This document shows positions 1 to 12,130 of a stretch of 64,000 nt of DNA, in pieces. Every line of letters begins with the position of its first letter. Position 1 is the first letter of the stretch. The DNA lies in the NCBI RefSeq assembly GCF_030144855.1, contig NC_082729.1:16554001-16618000 (forward strand), read 5' to 3'. A model generated the notes under the pieces. The model saw only the letters and a program-made list of their open reading frames with translations. It was not told the DNA's origin and did not search any database. The DNA comes from Hypanus sabinus (lineage: Eukaryota). The position numbers and the translations under genes were made by a program.

Positions 1-1035
1 AACGCCCAGGGCAGCTGCGGGCGTAGGCTGGCTCAACTCCTGCAGAGGTCTGTTGAGCCGACGGGTGGTCCCCAAATCCAGGCAATTACAGCCACCCCAG
101 AGTCCACAAAGGCCTTCACCGCTCGTTGGTCCTCACCCCAGGAGATCTCTGGCTTCAGCGTGACACCAGAATCAGTAGTGCTGGGCATGGTGGCTGCTAC
201 CATCATGGTCCTCCCAGCACTGGACGGTCTAAAAGGCTTTCGTCGGCTGCAGCTTTGGACATTCGGCACATAGTGACTTGCTTCCCCGCGGTAACAGCAA
301 CAACCTTGTCTCAAGTCAGGCGGAGGGCCTTAAACAGCCAACCTGCATGGGCCTTGAGCAGGAGATGGGCTGGTCATTGTCCGAGGTTGGGAAGTGGAAA
401 TGTAATGTGCTGAGGCCGGGCTTGGGCTAGCCCTTTTCGACCTCTTGAGGTAGTCCCATTCTCACCCTGCCAGGTGATGATCCAGGCAGATGGACTGATT
501 GATCAGAGCCTCTAAGTCCTCCACTGCCTCCCCCAAGGCAAGGGCATCCTTTAGTTTGCCAAGGCCTCCCTGTTCCAGCACCCTCTTTAGCCAAAGTCCA
601 AATTTCAATTGCGTAGTCGGCTGCTGACCGACTACCCTGACGCACTTTCATCAACCGGTCTGAGGCTCTGTTTGCTCTGGCGGAACGATGGAACACCCTC
701 TTCCTGGAAGCCATGAATCCCTCTGGATCCAAGCAAACCAACGTTCGCTCCCAATGGCCATGGCTCAACGGTCAGTAGAGAGATCGTGAAGGCCACCTTT
801 CCACATTCCGTGGGGAACCAGGGCAACAAGAGTTCAAACGCCGACAAACACTGAGTGAGGAAGCTGAGGAAAGAACCCAGCTCACCACCAAACCTCCCTG
901 GGGACGGAAAATGGACTGGCTCCTTAGAGCAACTGACAACCTCACCCGATGGTTGGCACACGGTGACCTGCAGGTCGTGAAGACACAGCTGAAAAAAGTC
1001 TCCGATACCCCGTTGGGCCCACGTTAGGCTCAATC
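1..1035 (-). mobile_element. Degenerate Ty3/Gypsy (sushi-like) gag-protease region
   Basis: Frameshifted minus-strand ORFs: PGRFGGELGSFLSFLTQC..KVAFTISLLT (gag N-term), LMKVRQGSRSAADYAIEIWTLA (retrotransposon gag), a decayed CCHC knuckle and AFVDSG (aspartic protease). Confidence 0.8.
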
Positions 1036-1039
1036 ACAC

Positions 1040-1342
1040 TGTGACAAGAGACCTGGGCGAGGATTGTCAGGACACAGGTGCTTGAGTATCCAAGACTAGA
1101 AACAAGACCGAAACAAAGACAGGGTTCTAAACTAAATGCTAGATGTGAATCCAAAGCTAGGCTGACGATTGAGCACCAGTCCTCAGTCCAGGTGCTCTTT
1201 AAATATTGAAATATTGGCACCAAAATATGGCTGCTAATAGTGAGGTGGGCCTGAATCCTTAAAGGGGCCCCACTGGTCTCCATATTCCTGAGAGTTAGAG
1301 TATCCAAACCCCGGAAGCTGGTACGGTTAGTTGTGTGTCGCA
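1040..1342 (-). mobile_element. Candidate 5' LTR of the Gypsy element
   Basis: Ends TGTGACA...TGTCGCA form an imperfect inverted terminal repeat; lies directly upstream of the gag relic. Confidence 0.45.
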
Positions 1343-1364
1343 ATGGTTCAGAGTTCTTCCAAAA

Positions 1365-1915
1365 TCTCCTCAGCACAGGTGTACCAGAAAGCTGTGTGAT
1401 TAGCCCCCCTGCTCTACTAGCTTTACACTCATGAATGTGTGGCTGAGCTCAGCTCCAAAGCTATATATAAGTTTGTTGAGAACACCACTGTCGCTGGCTC
1501 CATCAAAGGCAATGACGAATCAGTATATAGGAGGGAAATTAAAAATCCGGCTGAGTAGTGCCACAACCTCAATGTCAGCAAGGACAAGGAGCTGTTTATT
1601 AACTTCAGGAGGAGGAAATCAGAAAACCATGAGCCAGCCTTCATTGGGGTATTATAGATGGAGAGGGTCAGCAATTTTAAACTTCTCTGTGTTAAGATTT
1701 ACAAGGATCCGTCCCAGGCACAGCACTACAAAGAATGCATGGCATCGCCTTTACTTTCTTAGGACTTTGCGAAGATTCAGCATGACGTCTAAAACTTTGA
1801 CAAACTTCTATAGATGTGTTGTGGGAAGTATATTGACTGTTGCATCATAGCCTGGTATGGAAACACCAATGCCCTTGAAGGGAAAAGCCTACAAAAAGTA
1901 ATGGATATAGGCCAG
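1365..1915 (+). mobile_element. Rex1/Babar LINE RT fragment
   Basis: Decayed [13 protein letters not shown] motif at the DNA level and [34 protein letters not shown]. Confidence 0.8.
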
Positions 1916-1944
1916 TTTTTTTATTACTATCAAATAATTTTAAT

Positions 1945-2450
1945 AACATTCAGTCCATCGAGCCAGTTCCACCATTCCAGAAATGCTGATATATTGTCCC
2001 TCAAAACCCCATTCAGCTGCCTGATCCCCATTAGCTTTGATGCCCTGACTAATCTATCAAGCTCTGCTTTAAATATACCCAAAGGCTTAGCCTTAACCAT
2101 CTGTAGCAAAGAATTTCACAGATTCATCACTCCTCCCCACAATCACTCATTTAAGCATTCCAATATTCAATAGGTTTCAATGAGATTCTCCTTCATTCTT
2201 CTAAATTCCACCTGATACAGGCCCAGAGCCATCACAAGCTACTCATATTTTAACTCTTTCATTCCCAGAATCATTTTCATGAACTTCCTCTGGACCGTCT
2301 CCAATGTCCGCACATCTTTTCTTAGATAAGGGCCTAAAATGGCTCACATTACTCCAGATGTGGTCTGACTAATGCCTTATAAAGCCTCATCCTTGCTTTG
2401 ATCTTCTGATCCTCTTGAAATGAATACTAATGTTGCATTTACCTTCCTTG
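1945..2450 (-). mobile_element. CR1 LINE 3' fragment
   Basis: Homologous to the 3' ends of other CR1 copies in the window (decayed LVRPHLEYC region). Confidence 0.7.
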
Positions 2451-2599
2451 GAGATCTGGGGTGGAGGGGAGGTGTTTCACAATTAATTACACTCACAGAC
2501 CGCCTGGACCTTTCCTCGGGCTCATCAATTTGTCCAAAAATTCATCTCCATTTAGAAGAGCCTGAAAACAGGAGTAGGCCACTCGGCCCCTCAAGCTGT

Positions 2600-2900
2600 C
2601 CCTGGATTTCTGCCTGTGCCATGCGTCAGTGAGTGATTCGTCAGATGAATGCATGGCTGAAGAACTGGTGCAGTGAGCAGGGTATCAGGTTTCTGGATCA
2701 TTGGGATCTCTTCTGGGGAAGGTATACCCTGCACAAAAAAGAAGGGTTACAGAACCTGAGGGAGACCAATATCGTAGCGGGCAGATGGGAAGAATTGTTG
2801 GGGAGGTTTCAAACTAATTTGGTAGGAGGGTGGAAACTGTGTTGAAAGGGTTGAAAATAGTGCAGTTGGGATACAAGGAGATGCAGTATGGAGTGAGACT
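2600..2900 (+). mobile_element. CR1 ORF1 (SGNH esterase) fragment
   Basis: MNAWLKNWCSEQGIRFLDHWDLFWGR is typical of the CR1 ORF1 esterase C-terminus. Confidence 0.75.
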
Positions 2901-3587
2901 GTGAGGAAGAACAGTGTAAAAGTGAGCTGCCTTAATGACTATCATCTGGTAGCACTCATATCTATGGTGATGAAAGGCTTTGAGAGTTTGATCCTGGCTT
3001 GAATAAACTCTTGCCTCAGCAAGGACCTGGACTCACTGCAATTTACCTATCACCACGATATGTCTACAGCAGAATCAATCTCAACGGCTCTTCATGGCTA
3101 AGATCACCTGGACAATACAAACACCTGTGTCAGAAAGCTGTTCATTTATTATCACTCGGCATTTAACACCATCATCCTCACAGTCCTGATTGATAGACTA
3201 CAGAACGTGGGCTTCTCTACCTCCCTCTGCAATTAGATCCTTGATTTCCTAACCAGAAGACCACCATCGGTGTGAATTGGTAATACCTCCACCTTGCTGA
3301 TGATCAAGACTGGCTCACTTCAGGGTTGTGTGCTTAGCCCACTGCTCTACGCCCTCCATACCCATGACTGCGTAGCTAGGCATAGCTCAAATACCATCTA
3401 TAAATTTGCCAATGATACAACCATTGTTGGTAGAATCTCAGATGGAGGTGAGTGGGGATAAAGGAGTGAGATATATGAGCTAGTTGAGTGGTGTTGGAGC
3501 AACAACCTAGCACCGATGTCAGTATCACAATTGTGGGCTTCAGGAAGGGTACAATGAGGGAAAATGAACCAATCCCCATAGATCATA

Positions 3588-4757
3588 GGCCTTTGACAAG
3601 GTTCCGCACGGAAGGTTAGTTAGGAAGGTTCAATCGTTAGGTATTAATATTGAAGTAGTAAAATGGATTCAACAGTGGTTAGATGGGAGATGCCAGAGAG
3701 TAGTGGTGGATAACTGTCTGTCAGGTTGGAGGCCAGTGACTAGTGGTGTGCCTTAGGGATCTGTATTGGGTCCAATGTTGTTTGTCATATACATTAATGA
3801 TCTGGATGATGGGGTGGTAAATTGGATTAGTAAGTATGCAGATGATACTAAGATAGGTGGCGTTGTGGATAATGAAGTAGGTTTTCAAAGCTTGCAGAGA
3901 GATTTAAGCCAGTTAGAAGAGTGGGCTGAACAATGACAGATGAAGATTAATGCTGTTAAGTGTGAGGTGCTACATTTTGGTAGGAATAATCCAAATAGGA
4001 CATACATGGTAAATGGTAGGGCATTGAAGAATGCAGTAGAACAGAGTGACCTAGGAATAATGGTGCATAGTTCCCTGAAGGTGGAATCTCATGTGGGTAG
4101 GGTAGTGAAGAAAGCTTTTGGTATGCTGGCCTTTATAAATCAGAGCATTGAGTATAGGAGTTGGGATGCAATGTTAAAATTGTACAAGGCATTGGTGAGG
4201 CCAAATTTGGAGTATTGTGTACAGTTTGGTCACTGAATTATAGGAAAGATATCAACAAAATAGAGAGAGAACAGAGAAGATTTACTAGAATGTTACCTGG
4301 GTTTCAGCACCTAAGTTACAGGGAAAAGTTGAACAAGTTAGGTCTTTGTTCTTTGGAGTGTAGAAGATTGAGGGGGGACGATAGAGGTATTTAAAATAAT
4401 GAGGGGGATAGATCGAGTTGACGTGGATAGGCTTTTTCCATTGAGAGTAGGGGAGATTCAAACAAGATGACATGATTTGAGAGTTAGGGGGCAAAAGTTT
4501 AAGGGTAACACGAGGGGGGATTTCTTTACTCAGAGAATGGTAGCTGTGTGAAATGAGCTTCCAGTAGAAGTGGTAGAGGCATGTTCAGTATTGTCATTTA
4601 AAGTAAAATTAGATAGGTATGTGGATAGGAAAGGAATGGAGGGTTATGGGCTGAGTGCGGGCCAGTGGGACTAGGTGAATGTAAGCATTGGCATGGACTA
4701 GAAGGGCCGAGATGGCCTGTTTCCGTGCTGTAATTGTTATATGGTTATGGTTATATA
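3588..4757 (+). mobile_element. 5'-truncated CR1 LINE
   Basis: AFDKVPH, YADDTKIGG and LYKALVRPNLEYCVQF motifs; 3' tail of (TTATGG)n type. Confidence 0.9.
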
Positions 4758-4810
4758 TCAGAAGTGGAGAGAGTGATCAATTTCAAGTTCCTGGATACCA
4801 ATGCAGCTAT

Positions 4811-5227
4811 TATTGGAGTATAAAAGTTGCATTGTTTGCCGTGTAACTAAAACTATGTAGTCAGCTTTGAACTTGCTATTTGCTATGCATGTATCCAATT
4901 TAGTAGGAGAATGAAATCTTAAGAATGTAGAAGACAATGGTGTGTTAATGAGAGGTAGCTAAGAGATGTGGATTAGAACATGATTAAGTCAATGGGTAGA
5001 AACAATAGTGGCGGATGTACTTGTGATACGCAACTGTAGACCGATTGGATATGCTAATGCAACTAAACCAGGAGATTGCTATAAAAAATGCGATGTACAA
5101 GGATTGGTGGGCAATCAGCGACTAGCTCAATGACTGTTTCAGCTTTGATTTGCAAATTAAAGTTTAACACTTCTTGAAGAATCTTCTGCGTCTCCTGGTC
5201 ATTTGTGGGGCACAAAAAACCACAACA
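4811..5227 (+). mobile_element. Solo LTR inserted in Rex1
   Basis: 4-bp TSD CTAT (4807-4810, 5228-5231); TATTG...CAACA ends; internal TATA-like CTATAAAA and ATTAAA. Removing it restores the Rex1 reading frame. Confidence 0.7.
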
Positions 5228-6124
5228 CTATAAAGAGGACAAGACAGCGGCTATATTTCATTAGGAGTTTGAAGAGATTTGGTATGTCACCTAAAATACC
5301 CAAAAACCTCTATAGATGTACCATGGAGAGCATTCTAACAGGCTGCATCACTATCTGGTATGGGGTTGGGGTGGGGGAGTACTGCACAGAACTCAAAGAA
5401 GCTACAGAAAGCTGTAAGATTAGTCAGCTCCATCCTGGGTACCAGCCTCTGTAGTATCCAAGACATCTCCAACGCGCGGTGCCTCAGAAAGGTGGTGTCC
5501 ATTATTAAGGACCCCCATCACCCAAGACATGCCTCTTCTCATTGCTACCATCAGGAAGGAGATACAGAAGCCTGAAGGCACACACTCAGCAATTCAGGAT
5601 CAGCTTCTTCCCCTCTGCCATACAATTCGTAAATGGACATTGAACCCATGAATACGACCTCACCTTTTAATACATATTATTTGTTTTGCAGTACTTTTAA
5701 TCTAACTATTTAACATACATATATATACTTAGTGAAATTGATTTGCTTATCTTTTTCCACATTATTATGTATTGCATTACTGCCACTAAGTTAACAAATT
5801 TCACGACAAATGCTAATGATAATAAACCTGATTCCGCAAATTGCAGGCAATTGGAAAAGCTGAAGTACGACATGGGGGCAAAATTGGATATGCTGATGAA
5901 TAAGGGTGGAAGGTGTTATATTTGAATGCACTCAGTTTACAGAATAAGTTAGATTATCTGGTACACAATTAGAGATTGGCAGTTGTGACAGTGTGGGAAC
6001 TACTGAGTCGTAGATGAAAGAAGATCATATTTGGGAGCTTAGCATCCAAGGATACACCTTGTATGGAAGGAAAAGACAAGTAGGCAGAGGGGGTAGGTTG
6101 GCTCTGTTGGTAAAAAAAAATCAA

Positions 6125-7310
6125 ATAGAACGTAGAACATACAGCACAGGAACAGGCCATTCAGCCCACAATGTTGTGCTGAAACAGCTAAAAAGCAAAT
6201 CAAAATCACCCAAACGTTAATCCCTTCTACTATATCCCCCCCATCCTCATTCCATCCTATCCAAATTTCTCTTAAAAGCCTCTAATGTAGTTGCCTCTGC
6301 CACCATATCAGGCGGCGCATTCCAGCCATCCACCACTCTCTGAGTAAAAAACTTAGCCCTTTCACCTTCCATGCAAGTCCTCTGGTATTAGACATTTTAT
6401 CACAAGGAAACAGATGCTCCCCGTGCACTCAATCTATGCCTCTCATAACCTTATAAACTTCTGTCAGATCTCCCCTCAGCCTCCTGAGAAAACTGCCCAA
6501 GTTTATCCAGACTCTGGTGATAGTACTTGCCCTTGAAACTAGACAGTATCCTGGTAAGCCTCTTCTGCACCCTCTACAAAGCCTCAACACCCTTCCTGCA
6601 GTGGGACGACCAGAACTGTATGCAGTATTCCAAGATGTGGCCTAAGCAAAGTTTTATAAAGTTGCAACATAACCTCTTGACTTTTGAACTCAATACCTTG
6701 ACTAATAAAAGCGAGCATTCCATTAGCCTTCTTCATCACCTGTGTAGCCACTTTCAAGGAGTTGTGAACTTGGATCCCAAGATCTCTCTGTTCAGCAACG
6801 CTATTAAGGATCTTGCCCTTAACAGTGTACTGGCTCCTTGCATTTGTGCTACTAAAACGCCACACGTCACATTTATCTGTGTTAAACTCCAACTGCTATT
6901 TCTCTGCTCATATCTGCAACTGAACAATATTGAACTGTATTCTTTGCCAGTCTTCTATACTATCCACAACTCCACCAATCTTGGTGACATCTGCAGACTT
7001 ACTGTCCCACCAATCTACATTTTCATCCAGGTCATTTATATACATCACAGACTGCACAGATCCCTGTGGAGCACTACTAATTACAGACCTCTTGCTCGAA
7101 TAAGCCCCTTCAATCACTACCCTCTGACTTCCATGCGCAAGCTGGCTCTGGATCCAAACAACCAATTCACCGTGGACATCAGCTTAATCATCTGGATTAA
7201 CCTCCCACGAGGGACTTCGTTAAATGCCTTCTAAAATCCATGTAGACAAGACTTCCCTAACTTTATCAATTTCTCTCATCATCTTGTCAAAAAACTCACT
7301 GAAATTGTGT
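6125..7310 (-). mobile_element. CR1 LINE 3' half
   Basis: ORFs 6584-6892 and 6908-7165 (YINDLD, LYKTLLRPHL) and a 3' UTR ending near 6125. Confidence 0.85.
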
Positions 7311-8063
7311 CAGAGAAATTTTAAAATAAAGTTCGATACCAGAGCACAAGTGGCCAGTTTTTTTTATTTTAGCATGATATCATGGAGATTCTACATGTGT
7401 GGACTTCAGTAGAAGGAAAAAGTTTATATCTAGTAGCAGTTAAGTGAGCAAAACTAGTACTCCCCTTAGACAGTTCTTAGAATCTTCTTGATTTGTGGCA
7501 CCTTTATCTACATTTATCTTTTTTATGCAGATGTTTTTCCTGCTCTAAGGAGGAGTATTTAGTGCCTAGCATCATAATCTTATTCATACAGATTTGCATC
7601 TCAAAGAAAAAAACACGGGATGTCCACAGTCATTTTAGCAACACACAGATCTTTTAACCCTACATTCAAAGATTTCTTCCACAAGTTGGTAAGGCATGAC
7701 CTGCCCTACAGACTTTAATTTGAGGTCATTGGGGATTGTTAAACTCTTTGTTCTGATTACTTTTATTTCAATATTGGATAATATAATTAGCACAGTAATG
7801 TCAATGTCTGAAATTCCTATGTGCTCCAGGGTGTATTTCAGGGAGGTATGTCAAACCCTCTTTGTCGGGTCATTGTGGCTGCTTGTTCCGACCGAGTTCT
7901 TCTATGGATTGCCAGTGATTTTTGTTCATCAAGGTTCAGTATAGTTTGCCTACGCTCTTGTTATGTTTTTCTAGTTAATTTATGTAATACATCTTCAGTA
8001 TTGTTTGAATTGCCAAAGTCTCTGAGATTCCTGTACTTAAGTTAGCTAGTGATTCTCACACAT

Positions 8064-8287
8064 TGATGCACCATCAATAACTCTCGGAGACGTGAAGCGA
8101 GATATTGGCTTTTATTGGCTGGAAGAAAGAACAAGCAGCAATAAACCACCACACTACATCCTGGAGACTGAGGGCAGGGCCCAGGCTCCAATCGCCTTTA
8201 TACCGGGGTCTATGGGAGGAGCCACAGAAGCAGTCAGCCCTGGAGGGGGGAGGGGCATTTCCAGACAGGTATATGTAGTTCACCACA
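8064..8287 (-). mobile_element. Solo LTR (Gypsy-type)
   Basis: TG...CA ends, near-TSD CACAT/CACAC, minus-strand TATAAA and AATAAA. Confidence 0.55.
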
Positions 8288-8294
8288 CACACAG

Positions 8295-8930
8295 GATCAG
8301 AAGATGTAGAATCCTTGTGGCTAAAGTTAAGAAACTGCAAGGGTAAAAAGACCCTGATGGCCTACAAACAGTAGCCAGGATACAAACCACAATGGGAGAC
8401 AGAAAAGGCATTTAAAAGGACAATGTTGTGATAGCCATGGGAGATTTTAATATGCAGGTAGATTGGGAAAATCAGGTTGGTGCTGCATCCTAAGAGAGGG
8501 AATTTGCAGAATGTCTACAAGATGGCTTATTAGAACAGATTATGGCAAAGTCCACTAGGGAAAAGGCAACTCTGGATTGGGTATTTTGTAATGAACCAGA
8601 TCTGATTAGGGAGATTAAGGTAAAGGAACCCTTAGAAATAGTGATCATAATTTGATAAAATTTACCCCGCCGTTTGTGAAAGGGAAGCAAAAGATTGGAT
8701 GTATCAGTATCACAGTGGAGTGAAGGGAATTAGAGGCATGAGGAGCTGGCCAAAGTTGATTGGAAGGGGACACTATCAGGGATGATGGTAGAACATTAAT
8801 GGCTGGAGTATCTGGGAGCAATTTTGAAGCTGCAGGATAAATATATATCTCTAAGATGAAGTATTCTCATGGAAGAATGAGGCATCCATGGCCAACAAGG
8901 GAATTCAAAGACAGAATAAAAGCAAAAGAA
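8295..8930 (+). mobile_element. CR1 ORF2 endonuclease fragment
   Basis: MGDFNMQVDW, ECLQDGLLEQ and a decayed SDHN motif. Confidence 0.8.
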
Positions 8931-8939
8931 ATTGAAAAT

Positions 8940-9670
8940 TATTTTGTGTATGCAAGTCTCAGACACAACAGCCTGTCAGTCCTGCTGCGTCAGTTCAACA
9001 ACACTTGAATGCCACCGGTCCTTGAAAGTAAACAAGATGTTTGAGAAGATGTCAGTCATAGCAAGGATAATGGGAATACATGGGCATGTCTATGATCTGA
9101 CCTGATGAATGGCCATAGAAGCAACAGCAGTGAGATGAAATTCATTGGTTCTCATTCTAGGCTGCTGCACCTGCAGGTACGCCAGCAAGTTCACACCAAA
9201 AAGAGGCCATTTACATGCTCAGAGTGTGGGAAGGAATTCGTCCAAGTATTATATCTGTAGAAAGACCAGAGAGTTCACACTGGGGAGAGGCCATTCATCT
9301 ATTCCAAGTGTGGGAAGGATTTCATTCAGATAGCCCACCTTCTGAGTTAACAATTCTGTAAGTAGAGGTCACACTTCTGTCCTGATAGAGATTTACTCAA
9401 TCATCCCAGCTGATGAAACACCAGAACGTCACATCAGTGAGGAAATTCAAATATGCCGTATCTTGAAATTTTAACCACCCTGATGGCTGGATCTAGCTGC
9501 AAGCTTACAACCAAAGGTTAATGATTGATTCTGTAATTCTTGTGACTGCTTATCACACCCAGGACCGAACCCTGGTCAATGAGCATTGGTGGGGTTTGTT
9601 CTGCAGATGTTAGCCTTAACTTAAACCAGAGTTTCATATCGTGGATCTGTGACAAATAAATCATTTCTGT
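8940..9670 (+). pseudogene. Zinc-finger unit A, highly decayed
   Basis: Homologous exon start (TTTGTGTATGCAAGTCTCAGACACAAC), broken fingers at 9170-9440, shared 3' UTR block, AATAAA at 9655-9660. Confidence 0.7.
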
Positions 9671-10644
9671 TTCAAATCCTGCATCCTGGGTGCTTACAGT
9701 CTCTGCCATATGGCCAATGTAGAGCAGAGAGGCCACCCAATCCAGCGGGTGTTTGCTTGCGGTTCTGTTCCAAGTCAGTGTTTTAAAATCCCTGCTGTTC
9801 ATCTCTCACTCTCCCTGTGATGACAGGTTGCAACTGGTCACCAAACTGTGGGAGACGATATCTTCTTGAATATGACTTTCTGCAGACTGAATAAGACCAT
9901 GAGCTCACTGTGATTTTCTCCCAAATATTCCTCAGGGCTCAGGGTCAAGGAAGAAAGTCGTGGATGGTTAAACTCCTACATCCCTGCTCTTTTCAACATT
10001 TTGGGTAATTTTCACTGATTTCGAATGGTTGTGCCTCACATGGTTCAAATACACAGCTCTCTTGAGTTATGAGAGCAGAATGGTGGGTGAATCTTCGCTG
10101 GATCAGGGCCAGAAACTAAACAGGAGTCAGTATGAGACAGGGCTTTAGAGCTTCAGAAGGAGGTGGGGGCTAAAGTTTATGGGGAGGAGGAGGGAGGGGG
10201 AAGCAACATTTGAAAACTGATTGACCGAAAAAATGTTGTTTATTCTACAACATGATGGAGACACAGCGGGATAGGCAGAATCAATGGAGAGGAATAAACA
10301 ATTTCAGGAAGAGAACCTTTACAATGCCTAGAAGGCTTCTTCTTCTCTTTTGATGCTGCCTGACCTGCTGAGTTCCTATAACACTTAGTGTGTGTTGCTC
10401 TATATTTCCAGCATCTGCGTAAAAATACAAGTGGGTTGGACTTTGACATTTGATACTCGGTATGCCTGCTGATATTGAACGCATTGCTTGTGGGAACTTG
10501 CTGCATTAAAGTGGCTCCTGAGTTTTGTACTCCAAAAAAAATATTGACTACTTGACGTGGAACCGGTGTTGCAGGCACTTTTAATGGCATCATGCTTACC
10601 CAGAAACCTCCACGACTAAGCATTCGCCATCAATGACCCAGCGA

Positions 10645-10945
10645 TCAAATGCGCAAGCGTCAGGGCCGCAGCTTGGCCCCAAAATTGCGCATGCGCTTAA
10701 TGAACAAAAGGCTCTCGAGGGTCGGCAGCAGGTAGGAAACGGAGGGGGGGCTTTATCAGCAGTTGCATCCGCATCCGGACTGAGGGATAATTGTTGCGAG
10801 CTTCGGGTACACCGTGGCCCCGCACCCCGGGCAGTCCCGTTTCTTTCCCTGAAACAGCTCCACGATCCGGACCCAGGCCCCGGGGAGCTTTCTGTGATGA
10901 GCGAAGCTGCTTGCGCCATTTCTAAAGCGCATGCGCATTGCTGGG
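10645..10945 (+). promoter_or_regulatory. CpG-rich promoter and non-coding exon 1 of zinc-finger gene B
   Basis: NRF1-type GCGCATGCGC sites at 10686-10696 and 10927-10937; donor CAG|GTAGGA at 10732; acceptor TTTTACAG ending 11362; paralogous to 55540-55747 plus 61172-61280. Confidence 0.7.
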
Positions 10946-12130
10946 ACCGTGTCGAATAGACGGGTCTCTCGTTCGTGAGGTTTTTAACCGTGAGAGCATG
11001 TTTTGTATCTTTCCTTTTGGGTACATAATGATATAAAACATCTTTGTCCTGAGACCATTCACCTGCTCCGTGTGTGGAAAGGCATTCACTCAGACTTCAA
11101 AGAGAAATCTTGCTGTTCTCCCCTTTCACTGTCGTTGACCCAAGGCTCAAACTGAACACGGGCAGAAATGGTCTAGGCAGGAAAAGAGTCGGAGGATTGG
11201 TCCAGATGTCTGATTTGTGCCCAGTTAGAAGAGTTGTTTTTCCAAATTGGGTTAAACCTCACTGTAACAGTGTGATATCAGATTTTACACACAGAGGCTA
11301 AAATAATCTCATCTGAAATGTTGCCCTTCACCCATTGTTGTCTTTTGTAAATCTTTTTACAGATTGGAAACGGCAAAGAATTTGTGTACAGGAATTTCAA
11401 ACATAACAGCACGTCAGATTTGCAGTCTCTGTGCAGATGTTTCCCTTGTAACACTGGTTTATCTGTTGATGATCGTTGGAGATGAAGAAGTATCTCATCC
11501 CAGCTGGAAAAGTTTTTTGTCTCTGAAATGAGGTTTTCTGTTATAACTCGGTGAAATCGATTGGAACTGGGGTACTGAGATCACACCAGTGTTTGTTGAA
11601 CAGAGATCAGTCCTCCAACTCCATTGATTGTGCAAGGGGTTCACTATGTCTGACATCTGACTTGATAGCAGGGAGATATCATTCTCCTTCTCTCAGTGTA
11701 GGAAGGGGGTCACTCACTCAGCCAACCTACAGTCACATCAGTGAGTTCACTGTGGGGAGAGGCCCTTTCCCTGGTGTGTGTGTGGGAGGGGATCTACTCA
11801 CTCATCCAGCCTGAAGGAACATCAGCAATTTCACACCATAGAGAGCGAGTTCACCTGTTCTATCTGTGGGAAGCGATTCATGCTGTCGTCCAAACTGAAG
11901 ATACATCTGAAAATTCACATCAGTGAGAAACTACTTATCTGTTCCTTGTCTGGAAGGAGATAATCACTCAGCTCACCTAGAGAAACAACAGTGACTACAC
12001 CACAGAGAGACTATTGCGTGTGTGGGAAGAGATTCATTGGTCATCTCACCTACAGACACACCAAGGGAGAGAGCATTCATCTGTTCTGTGTTTGGAAAGA
12101 GATTCATTCGGTGATCTGATCTGCTGACAC

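Larger units (their letters stand above)
2915..5835 (+). mobile_element. Rex1/Babar LINE interrupted by a CR1 and a solo LTR
   Basis: [18 protein letters not shown] and RQRLYFIRSL..FG motifs; 3' tail AATAAACCTGATTC near 5821. Confidence 0.8.

Noticed and set aside
1-1035. Domesticated PEG10/RTL-like gene
   Set aside because: Multiple frameshifts and stops, a decayed zinc knuckle, and a probable adjacent LTR.
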